From Promethearchaeota archaeon (GTDB lineage Archaea; Asgardarchaeota; Lokiarchaeia; Sigyniarchaeales; SOKP01), in contig JAEOSU010000057.1 in assembly GCA_016840165.1 (NCBI GenBank), forward strand, positions 1-25,125: a stretch of 25,125 bases of DNA, written 5' to 3'. Made by a program: the position numbers and the translations under genes. The notes under the pieces were generated by a model. The model saw nothing but the letters and a program-made list of their open reading frames with translations. It ran no database searches and was not told the origin of the DNA. Positions 9,503 through 17,920 of this stretch are shown here, piece after piece (positions within the stretch are counted from its first letter, which is position 1; each line of letters starts with the position of its first letter).

Positions 9503-11740
9503 TTAAGCCCCTCCTTTAAACTTTTTAATTTCTACTAAACAGGATTTCAAAGCACTTGCTCCACCAGGCGAGTATGCATCCATTGTAAGAGTATTTACAC
9601 ATCCCCCTCTGTCAATTCCATTTTCATCGAGATCATACCATGCTCCTTCAAAAATACTGATTACTCCAGGAATAATCCTTTCAGTAAGCCATGCTTTTAT
9701 TGTTAATTTTCCTCTCTCATTAAAGACAAGAATTTCATCTCCATCTTTTATATCCCTAACTTCAGCATCCACAGGATTAATCCAGGCAACATGAGGATCA
9801 ACCTCCTTAAGCCATTCGATTAAATACATCTCTGAATGAACTCTACTCTTTGGATGCGGAGATATCATCTGAAGGGGGTATTTTTTAGATAATGGATCAT
9901 ATCTTCCTTCCCATCGTTCCAAATATTTTGAAATAGGAGGATTATCTGGGTCATTTAAATCAGCTATTCGTTGAGAATATATTTCAATCTTTCCCGAAGG
10001 TGTTCCAAAAGGATGATTTTCAAGATCTTCTATTTCTTTCTTGAATGCTACATGGGGTTCCTCAAGCTTAACTCTGTGAATGCCTTCTTCCTTAAATTTT
10101 TTGAAATTTTTAATTTCCCTTCTTGTATCTTCTGTCATTTTAAGCATAAATTTTAAAGATGATTCTTCGTCGGGGTATTTAACAAACTCTGTAATATCTA
10201 ATTTATCTGCTAATTCTTCCACAATTCTTAGATCAGATTTACATTCTCCAAGTGGTTCAATGGCTTTATTAGCAATGGTAAAGTAAGGTCCAGAAGGCCA
10301 TGGTCGGGTAAGATCGTTTCTCTCGGTGATACTTGAAACAGGAAGAATGATATCAGCATATTTCGCTGTGGGTGTTAGCCATAACTCTGAAATAACCATA
10401 TAATCCAACTGTTTCAAAGCTTTAGCAGATTTATTAGCGTTTCCTAATTGATTTAAAAAGTTATTATTTACAAACCAAGCAAATTTTACATCAAATGGAT
10501 AACCCCCTTTTTTTCCTTTCAATATTGCATCAAAAATCTTATTTGTATGACATCTTGCTTGGAATCTTAAGTTTAAATCTAGAGACCCTCGAACTGATTT
10601 CAATCCCTCCTCAACCGGATTGCGTCTTGGAGGAGGAATCCCTGCTCTAAAGAACATATGACCATATGGAATACCCATTAGACCACCAGCAGCACTCCCA
10701 CCATGGACACCAATATTACCTGTCATTGCTGTTAAAGTAATAGCTGCGCGATTGTATAACTCACCCACCGCTGATCTTGCTGGTCCTTGACAATCCATAA
10801 GGGCAGCAGGTTTAGTTTTACCATATTCTATAGCAAGATCCGTGATAATTTTTGCAGGAACAGTAGTTATTTTCTCTGCCCATGTAGGTGTTTTGGGAAT
10901 ACCATCCTCCTCTCCCAGTACATATGCTTTGAATTTTTCAAACCCAACTGTATATTTATCTAAAAAAGCTTGATCATGTAAATTTTCTTTGATAATAACG
11001 TATGCCATAGCAACCATCATCGCTACGTCCGTTCCGGGAACAATGGGTATCCATTGATCAGCAAGAATTACAGCAGAGTCTGTATATCTTGGATCAATAG
11101 ATACAATTTTTATGCCCTTTTCTTTAGCTTTAATGAGATTGAAAATTGTGTCTGTTCCAGAGATCATTCGAGCAGGATCCCAACCCCACATGATTATTAA
11201 ATTCGAATTTAATAAATCGTCTCGACTATGACCAACAAAGGGAGATTTATACATCGCCTGAGTAGCGTATACCGCTCCTTCGGAAGATACATTTCCGTAA
11301 TGGGTTGAATAGCCCCCAAATTGAGTCAACAACCTCATCATTGCTAACATTCCGTCATGATATGCCGCTTGGTATCCCCCTCCTAAAACTAAAAATATAC
11401 TTGAATTTCCATAAATTTCCTTAACTTCTTTAAGTTTCTTAGCAATCTCTGATAGAGCCTCATCCCAGGATATTCGTTTAAATTTTCCGGAGCCTTTAGG
11501 GCCATCCCTTTTTAAAGGAAATTTCAATCGCTTAGGATGGTATACATATTGTCTAAGAGCTCTACATCTTAAACAAGCTCTAAGTTGTTCTTCCTTAACC
11601 TCATAATCATCAGTTTCTATGCGAATAATTATGCCGTCTTTAACATGTAGTCTTAAGGGGCATCTTCCCCCACAATCGAATGCAGAGGTGGTTCTTACAA
11701 TCTTAACATCAGGTTCTTTTACATTATTGTCATTAGACAA
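9503..11740 (-). CDS. DMSO-reductase family Mo/W-bis-PGD catalytic subunit, DmsA/YnfE-like, no Tat signal
   Basis: DCGGRCPLRLHVKDG, GSGKFKRISWDEA, YGNVSS (Ser at the DmsA Mo-ligand position), IDPRYTDS, PGTDVA, TAKYADIILP, TPSGKIEIYS, WINPVDA and NERG motifs. TTG start preceded by AAGGTAGG. Confidence 0.9.
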   Translation of the reverse strand: MSNDNNVKEPDVKIVRTTSAFDCGGRCPLRLHVKDGIIIRIETDDYEVKEEQLRACLRCRALRQYVYHPKRLKFPLKRDGPKGSGKFKRISWDEALSEIAKKLKEVKEIYGNSSIFLVLGGGYQAAYHDGMLAMMRLLTQFGGYSTHYGNVSSEGAVYATQAMYKSPFVGHSRDDLLNSNLIIMWGWDPARMISGTDTIFNLIKAKEKGIKIVSIDPRYTDSAVILADQWIPIVPGTDVAMMVAMAYVIIKENLHDQAFLDKYTVGFEKFKAYVLGEEDGIPKTPTWAEKITTVPAKIITDLAIEYGKTKPAALMDCQGPARSAVGELYNRAAITLTAMTGNIGVHGGSAAGGLMGIPYGHMFFRAGIPPPRRNPVEEGLKSVRGSLDLNLRFQARCHTNKIFDAILKGKKGGYPFDVKFAWFVNNNFLNQLGNANKSAKALKQLDYMVISELWLTPTAKYADIILPVSSITERNDLTRPWPSGPYFTIANKAIEPLGECKSDLRIVEELADKLDITEFVKYPDEESSLKFMLKMTEDTRREIKNFKKFKEEGIHRVKLEEPHVAFKKEIEDLENHPFGTPSGKIEIYSQRIADLNDPDNPPISKYLERWEGRYDPLSKKYPLQMISPHPKSRVHSEMYLIEWLKEVDPHVAWINPVDAEVRDIKDGDEILVFNERGKLTIKAWLTERIIPGVISIFEGAWYDLDENGIDRGGCVNTLTMDAYSPGGASALKSCLVEIKKFKGGA
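9508..9518 (-). promoter_or_regulatory. Shine-Dalgarno for the dmsB-like gene, embedded in the last codons of the dmsA-like gene
   Basis: Minus strand TTTAAAGGAGGGGCT-TAA-T-TTG, consistent with translational coupling. Confidence 0.7.
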
Positions 11741-11873
11741 TTATATCCTACCTTAAATCTTTTAATTGTTATTTAGTTATAATTAGAAGATTACTTATTC
11801 CTTTCGATTTAATTCTATTTTAAAAAAGCATCAATAGTTTCATTAGAGGGTTTATCTAAAATAAATATTAGAG

Positions 11874-12827
11874 TTGAAAAAAATGCAATTGAATGATATC
11901 AAAAAAGTTTTAGTTGTTGGCGCAGGTACTATGGGTCATGCTATTGCGCAAGTCTATGCACAAAATGGATTTCAGGTATCGCTAGTTGATATTAATGAGA
12001 AGATATTAACTCATGCCATAGAGCTTATCGATATGAATCTTAATATTTTAGCAGATTTCGATAGGGTTAACAGAGATGAAATTGAGGCTATAAAAAATAG
12101 AATTAATCCTTCCACAGATCTAAAGAGTAATGCAGAAATCGTTGATGTTGTTGTGGAAGCAATTAAAGAAGAACCGTATGCGAAACTTGAAGTTTTTAAG
12201 AAATTATCAAATTACTGCCGCGCTGATACGATATTAGCAAGTAATTCATCAACCCTAGATATTTTTAAGATACTGAAAGAAATTTCCCATCCAGAAAGAA
12301 TTATAGCTCATCATTGGTTCTGTCCAGCCCATATAATTCCTTCAGTGGAAATTTGCCCAGCTAGAAAAACATCTCGCGAAACAGTCCACTTATCAGTGGA
12401 ATTACATAGAAAATTAGGAAAAATTCCGATTGTTTTGGAAAAATTTACACCCAGTTATATCGTTAATAAAATTCAAAGCGCAATTTCTGGTGCAATGTAT
12501 GAGCTAATGATGCGAAACTTAGCAACAGCGGAACAAATAGATTTAGCTATCAAAACTACGTTAGGAATTCGATTACCTATTGTAGGTATTGTTCAAATGC
12601 ATGACTTTACTGGGCTAAATCTGGTAGAAGATATCATAACGGCAAAAGGAGGAAGTGTTCCATTAGTTAGTGAAAAAGTCAAAAGGGGAGAGTTAGGAGC
12701 GAAAACTGGGAAAGGTCATTATGATTATGAAGGTCAAAGTGAATTTGAAATAGTGGGAAAGCGGGACATCTTATTTCTAAAACAGCTTGAATTTCTAGAG
12801 AAAAATACTGAATTTAAACCTATTTAA
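11874..12827 (+). CDS. 3-hydroxyacyl-CoA dehydrogenase family protein
   Basis: VVGAGTMGHAIA, VVEAIKE, ILASNSS, HHWFCP..I..VEI, LGKIP and GELGAKTGKGHYDY motifs. Start TTG 11874 or ATG 11883. Confidence 0.9.
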   Translation: MKKMQLNDIKKVLVVGAGTMGHAIAQVYAQNGFQVSLVDINEKILTHAIELIDMNLNILADFDRVNRDEIEAIKNRINPSTDLKSNAEIVDVVVEAIKEEPYAKLEVFKKLSNYCRADTILASNSSTLDIFKILKEISHPERIIAHHWFCPAHIIPSVEICPARKTSRETVHLSVELHRKLGKIPIVLEKFTPSYIVNKIQSAISGAMYELMMRNLATAEQIDLAIKTTLGIRLPIVGIVQMHDFTGLNLVEDIITAKGGSVPLVSEKVKRGELGAKTGKGHYDYEGQSEFEIVGKRDILFLKQLEFLEKNTEFKPI

Positions 12828-12852
12828 TTTGAGTGATGGAGATTTATATTAG

Positions 12853-13617
12853 ATGGACTTTAAATTTGCAATAGTAAGGATTCCTGGTAGAAGCGTTATA
12901 AATGGACTCACGGAAGCTGGATTAGGAAAACCTAATTATGAAAAACTTCTTAGACAGCATCAAGAATATTGTAAGACTTTAGAGTCATGTGGACTTCAAT
13001 TAATTCAACTCCCTCCCTTAGAGATGTTCCCAGACAGTTGTTTCGTGGAAGATTCTGCAGTAGTGAATAAAGAATTAGCAGTGCTTACTCGACCAGGCGC
13101 GCTTTCCAGACGGGGTGAAACGGAATATGTAGCACCAATTATCAATAAGAATTTTAAAATAGTGAAAAAAATTTATTCACCTGGTACTTTAGATGGAGGA
13201 GATATCCTTCAAATTGGGAAAAAATATTTTGTTGGACTTTCAAAAAGAACTAATATAGAAGGGGCAACTCAATTTAAAAAAATCCAGGAAGAGGTTGGTT
13301 TTACGGTCTCCTTCATACATCTTAGGGATTTTCTTCACCTTAAATCGGGAATTAACGCTTTAGATAACAAAACAGTGTTAATGGCAGGAGAACTCATCAA
13401 TTCTCCATTTTTTATTGAGTATGACCAAATTATTGTCCCGTCTTCGGAATCTTATGGTGCCAACTGTTTAAATATCAATGGAACCATTATTTTACCAACG
13501 AACTTTCCCCAATTGCTTCAAAAAATTCGGAATTTAGGTTATGTTACTAAAGAAATAGAGATGTCAGAATTTCAGAAATTGGATGGGGGTCTCTCATGCT
13601 TATCAATACGTTATTAA
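12853..13617 (+). CDS. N(G),N(G)-dimethylarginine dimethylaminohydrolase (amidinotransferase superfamily)
   Basis: 254 aa. LGKPNY, FPDSCFVED, TRPGALSRRGE, TLDGGD, LHLKSG, YGANC and DGGLSCLS motifs give a complete Cys-His-Asp triad and appear colinear with bacterial DDAH as I recall it. Confidence 0.9.
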   Translation: MDFKFAIVRIPGRSVINGLTEAGLGKPNYEKLLRQHQEYCKTLESCGLQLIQLPPLEMFPDSCFVEDSAVVNKELAVLTRPGALSRRGETEYVAPIINKNFKIVKKIYSPGTLDGGDILQIGKKYFVGLSKRTNIEGATQFKKIQEEVGFTVSFIHLRDFLHLKSGINALDNKTVLMAGELINSPFFIEYDQIIVPSSESYGANCLNINGTIILPTNFPQLLQKIRNLGYVTKEIEMSEFQKLDGGLSCLSIRY

Positions 13618-13659
13618 CATAAAATAAGAAGAAAAAGAAAAATGTAATTTTTTATGTTA
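13615..13659. terminator. Convergent terminator region with a 10-bp inverted repeat
   Basis: TAACATAAAA (13615-13624) and TTTTATGTTA (13650-13659) enclose an A-rich tract (U-rich on the GRE transcript) and a T run. Confidence 0.5.
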
Positions 13660-16161
13660 CATGTTATGAGATTCTCTCGCTATTATCTCATCTTGAAGCT
13701 CTTTACCAATTGCATTGAAGTAAGCGTTATAACCAGTAACTCTCACTAAAAGATTTGTATAGTTTTCGGGGTGTTGTTGAGCATCAATTAACATATCTGC
13801 ATCAAGCATATTTACTTGAAGTGAGGTCCCTCCATTTTCAATGTAGCCTTTTAAATATGCCTTGAACTTTTCTTTGTTTTCAGGATCACGCAATATACTT
13901 GGGTTAAAAGTGATAGTATGGGACGCGCCATTCGGTAAATAATTGATGTATTCTCCTTCTTCTGTTTTTCCACCTAAGGCTATTCCAACAGAATTTGTAA
14001 CTGCCGTAGGACCTTTTTTATCTACACCTGTCGAAGGACATATGGCATTAGATAAGAATGTCCCTGCTAAACGCCCATCAGGTGTCGCTGGAGTAAAACC
14101 TGCATCTGCTCCCGCCCAATAATTCCAGGATAACATCCCTGGGCGGAATTGAAAACCATTTTGAGTTTTATATTTCCATGTTTCTTTTGCCCATATTTCC
14201 ATTATTTCTCTTCCCATCTCATCTGCTTGATCGTCATCGTTACCATATTTCGGAGCCTTGTTTTTTAATTGGGTTTGCATGATATTATATTCCTTTCCTT
14301 CAAAATTATGCACTAAAGCATCTTTTATTTCAGCTATAGAGTACTTTTTCTCATCGTATACAAAATGTTTGATTGCCAATAATGAATCAACAGTGGTTGC
14401 GAATGCTACACCTTCAATGGTAATAAAACGCAATTCAGGACCACCGTTTCTTATATCTAATCCCTTTTCTATACACCCTCGAAATAAAGTGGATACATAA
14501 GGAGTTGGTAAGAATTTTGCTCTAAATTCTTCAATCATATTATAGACATCTACAGTATATTTGATAAGATATTCTATTTGGCTTTTCCAAGCATTCCAAA
14601 ATTGATCCCAGGTCTCGAATTGCTCTGGTGAACCCGACTTCGGACCAAGTTGTTCTCCCTTTTTACTCCAAGGTTCATTCGAGTTTCCAGGCATATTTTT
14701 ACCGTTCCATAGTGTTAATTCTAAACTTTTTGCTAAATTAGGATTACAATTTACAGTACCCGATCGATCATTTCCTTGCATAGTGTTTTCGAGACACCCT
14801 ACGCATGCATAATCCCAAGCTTGCTCTTTTGGCACTCCCTCCTCAATCATTCCCGCAATACTTCTTTCATCAAAATTAAGCAGGAAGGGGGCACCTTGAG
14901 ATCTTGAAATCATTGAGACAATAATATCTAAGAGTCTTTCTGGGGAATTACGATGTAAGCGAATATTCGGTTTCGGCTCTAAAATGGGTGACCACTCATC
15001 TATCACTTCCAAAATGGTATAGGTTAATTCATTGGTAAGATCTTCCCCATTTGGACCGCACCCCGATAATGTCATTAATTGTCCGAATGCACTTGTTATT
15101 CCCTGTTTACCCACCATGATCTGAGCATCATAAACGGTATTACAATGAAACCAAAAGCTCCCTAATATTTCCTTTGCAAAATCTTTAGTTATATTTTTTT
15201 CCTCAATGATGTCTTTGTTATATAAGGACCATAAATATTGATCAGTTCGTCCAAAAGATACTCCCGGACCAGGATAAGATTCATCGGTCATGATTAACAT
15301 ATGAGTAAGCCATAATGCTTGTACTCCTTGCCAAAAGGTTTCAGCAGGCTCCCAGGGAACTCGTTCTAAGTTTTGTGCCATCTGCTCTAATTCTTTGGCT
15401 CTTTCTGGAGTTGACGCTGATTCTTTTAATCTCCTACATTCTTCTGCATACTTTTTTGCTAATTTCCTTGGAAGTTCTGAGGCTATAATCATAGCTCTTA
15501 ACTCTTCGCCTTTTGGGCCATTTTTTTCTTTCTTAGTCAATTGTTCATATCGTTGTTTTGCGTGTTGATGTACGTATTTAAATCCCTTTTTGATAATGGT
15601 CTCATGATCGGGGATCAAATGTCCTCCCGTGGCTCCTAGATTTCCGAACCCCGATTTATGATACTTATAAAACGCTTTTCGATTTTGTAAATTCATCTTC
15701 CAATGTTTTTTCGCTTCCTTTTTAGTGAGAGTATTGCTTAACTGAGTATTAAACCTCCCTCCCGCAATCAAATCATTTTCTGAGATAATTTCTTGAGGGA
15801 CATAATTAAGCATTACCTCTTCAAAAAAGATTGCTCTCCTTTCTGGTAATGATAACTCCCAGAAATTCTCAGGTAAAGTGGTTACTGGAATTGCCATTGA
15901 GCGAAATGAGCTTTCAAAAACCCCTTTTCCCTTATTACCTATATATGTATGTACTTCAGGAGCGATATAATAGTTATTTTCTTCCCAGATCGTATCCCAT
16001 TCGGTTCCAGTCGTAAAGGGCATGTATTCATTAGCCCATTCTCTTTCAAATCCTTTAAAGTAATATTCTCGTAGCCATTCGGACCGTGGAAGTAAATCAT
16101 GGGGTTCTGCTATAGAATATTGTTTCTTTTTTGATTCTAAATTATTTTCAGATCTACTCAT
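13657..16161 (-). CDS. Glycyl radical enzyme (PFL superfamily), non-PFL eliminase-like, substrate unknown
   Basis: 834 aa. Gly loop LLVRVTGYNAYF, Cys loop YACVGCLE, SFGRTDQYL, APKYGNDDD, ATPDGRLAG and LQVN motifs. Confidence 0.93.
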   Translation of the reverse strand: MSRSENNLESKKKQYSIAEPHDLLPRSEWLREYYFKGFEREWANEYMPFTTGTEWDTIWEENNYYIAPEVHTYIGNKGKGVFESSFRSMAIPVTTLPENFWELSLPERRAIFFEEVMLNYVPQEIISENDLIAGGRFNTQLSNTLTKKEAKKHWKMNLQNRKAFYKYHKSGFGNLGATGGHLIPDHETIIKKGFKYVHQHAKQRYEQLTKKEKNGPKGEELRAMIIASELPRKLAKKYAEECRRLKESASTPERAKELEQMAQNLERVPWEPAETFWQGVQALWLTHMLIMTDESYPGPGVSFGRTDQYLWSLYNKDIIEEKNITKDFAKEILGSFWFHCNTVYDAQIMVGKQGITSAFGQLMTLSGCGPNGEDLTNELTYTILEVIDEWSPILEPKPNIRLHRNSPERLLDIIVSMISRSQGAPFLLNFDERSIAGMIEEGVPKEQAWDYACVGCLENTMQGNDRSGTVNCNPNLAKSLELTLWNGKNMPGNSNEPWSKKGEQLGPKSGSPEQFETWDQFWNAWKSQIEYLIKYTVDVYNMIEEFRAKFLPTPYVSTLFRGCIEKGLDIRNGGPELRFITIEGVAFATTVDSLLAIKHFVYDEKKYSIAEIKDALVHNFEGKEYNIMQTQLKNKAPKYGNDDDQADEMGREIMEIWAKETWKYKTQNGFQFRPGMLSWNYWAGADAGFTPATPDGRLAGTFLSNAICPSTGVDKKGPTAVTNSVGIALGGKTEEGEYINYLPNGASHTITFNPSILRDPENKEKFKAYLKGYIENGGTSLQVNMLDADMLIDAQQHPENYTNLLVRVTGYNAYFNAIGKELQDEIIARESHNM

Positions 16162-16243
16162 CTTTTATCAATTACCCCTTCTTAAAATTAAAAATATTAT
16201 GTGTTAAATTGACTAATAATTACTATAATTAATATACCAAAAT

Positions 16244-16262
16244 AAAGCTATAAAATTTCAAA
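16244..16262 (-). promoter_or_regulatory. Putative BRE/TATA for the GRE gene
   Basis: Minus strand TGAAATTTTATAGCTTT about 90 bp upstream of the ATG. A purine-rich AAGAAGGGGT lies nearer the start. Confidence 0.4.
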
Positions 16263-16357
16263 TTATTTTTAATAACATTGCATTTAAATATCAAGTTAAG
16301 AATATTCAAAAAAAAGAAAATAATAGATTATTTTGAATTTTAGGAGTTCATAACCTC

Positions 16358-17704
16358 TCATTTTCTCCCTAAACGGAAGAAATACATCAGGATTAATGCT
16401 AAGATACATGCAATTGCGGGAAATACTGAAAGTAAGACTTGTAAGCCGATTATAACATCTAACGTCCCAGTTTCAACGAAAGTAGTCTGCCATGCGGTGT
16501 ATTGAAATACTAAATAGACGGATGATATGAAAAGAATTATGCTAAACCGGTGAACAAATGCGTTTGTTCCATAGAAACTCGCCGATCGTTTCATTCCTGT
16601 TTTTTTCTCATCCTCATCTATGACATAGCCCATTAAGATGTCAAAATAGAACATGATACCTGAAATCCCGAATCCTATTGCTCCCGCATTAATAATCGCA
16701 AAAAATCGGCTAAGTGTATCTGAGCCATAAAACAGAAATGGAATGAATGTAATTGCCATAATTATCATAGTGATCATAAATCCCGTTCGCATACCATATT
16801 TTAATCCAATTTTTTTATGTAAGGGCATTACCATTGCTGCAACCAAAAATGCCAAAACTATTGAAATCCCGTAAAATAAGAAAGGTCCTAATCCTAAGAA
16901 TTTACTGGATTCACTTATCCCTAAAACATATCCACAATACAAGGAAAACATTGAAGTAAGCATGTTTAGTACAAACCATGTAAACATATTTGCTAAGACC
17001 AGAACCACAAAATTTCTATTTTTAAAAGCCATAATAAGTGATTTAAAGAATCCGGGTCTGCCTTCAAGCTGTTCTTTAGTCTCTTCTTTCTCTTTTATCC
17101 CATAAAATACAAAAAAGAATCCTGTCACTCCAACAACAACCGCAACGATAATTCCACTCATTATATAATACGGTAGTTCACCACCACCTCCAATATCTGG
17201 GATGAGAAAAGAGGGGATCATGAACGCGACTAAAATTGCTATAATGGTAACAATTCGTAATACGACATTGGTTTTTGATCGTTCTTCTTCAGTTGGCCAC
17301 ATCTCGGGAAAAAGACTTTTTGTGTTGACATCAAAAAGAGTGTAAACCAATTCAAATAGGATGATGATAATTATAAAGTAAAAGATTTCGAAGCCAGAGG
17401 GTACTGTAAAAAGAAATATCATCATTAAGCATAAGGGAATGAAAGCAATCAAAATAAAGAACTTTCTTTTCCCATATTTGCCAGATCTTTTCCTATCAGA
17501 CATATAACCCAGCAAAGGGTCATTGAACATGTTCCAAAAACCCCAGATAATATAACCAACCCACATAACAAATGTTTCAATGCCTATCACTGTAAAATAG
17601 AAAATAAAAACGGTTGCTTGGAAAAATTGGTATGTCATTAGGTCTGGAAAGCCATTAAGGGCGAATAGGAACCTATCCTTAAGTTTAACTTCTTGTTCAC
17701 TCAT
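16358..17704 (-). CDS. MFS transporter, glycoside-pentoside-hexuronide (GPH/MFS_2) family
   Basis: About 12 hydrophobic segments, WNMFNDPLLGYMSDR..GKYGKRK, SLFPEM...EER and VIDEDEKKTGMKRSASFYG motifs. Confidence 0.88.
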   Translation of the reverse strand: MSEQEVKLKDRFLFALNGFPDLMTYQFFQATVFIFYFTVIGIETFVMWVGYIIWGFWNMFNDPLLGYMSDRKRSGKYGKRKFFILIAFIPLCLMMIFLFTVPSGFEIFYFIIIIILFELVYTLFDVNTKSLFPEMWPTEEERSKTNVVLRIVTIIAILVAFMIPSFLIPDIGGGGELPYYIMSGIIVAVVVGVTGFFFVFYGIKEKEETKEQLEGRPGFFKSLIMAFKNRNFVVLVLANMFTWFVLNMLTSMFSLYCGYVLGISESSKFLGLGPFLFYGISIVLAFLVAAMVMPLHKKIGLKYGMRTGFMITMIIMAITFIPFLFYGSDTLSRFFAIINAGAIGFGISGIMFYFDILMGYVIDEDEKKTGMKRSASFYGTNAFVHRFSIILFISSVYLVFQYTAWQTTFVETGTLDVIIGLQVLLSVFPAIACILALILMYFFRLGRK

Positions 17705-17920
17705 TTTTCTTACATTTTTGTATATTTTTTTTAAAGATGTAAATTATTGGATTTTATTATATTGAATTTAAGATAAATTTTCAGAATTTTTCTAAAAAAG
17801 GAAGAGAAAATATGTGGATAATATTGAGATATTTACATTTCTTCGTCAAACTTCTGTTTCACGATGAAACTAAGCTTAAATATTTTGTATTACTTACTAA
17901 TAGAAAATATATTCATAAAG

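Noticed and set aside
13657-16161. Calling the GRE pyruvate formate-lyase or choline TMA-lyase
   Set aside because: No Cys-Cys pair as in PFL, no CutC-like features or microcompartment genes recognised; substrate left open.
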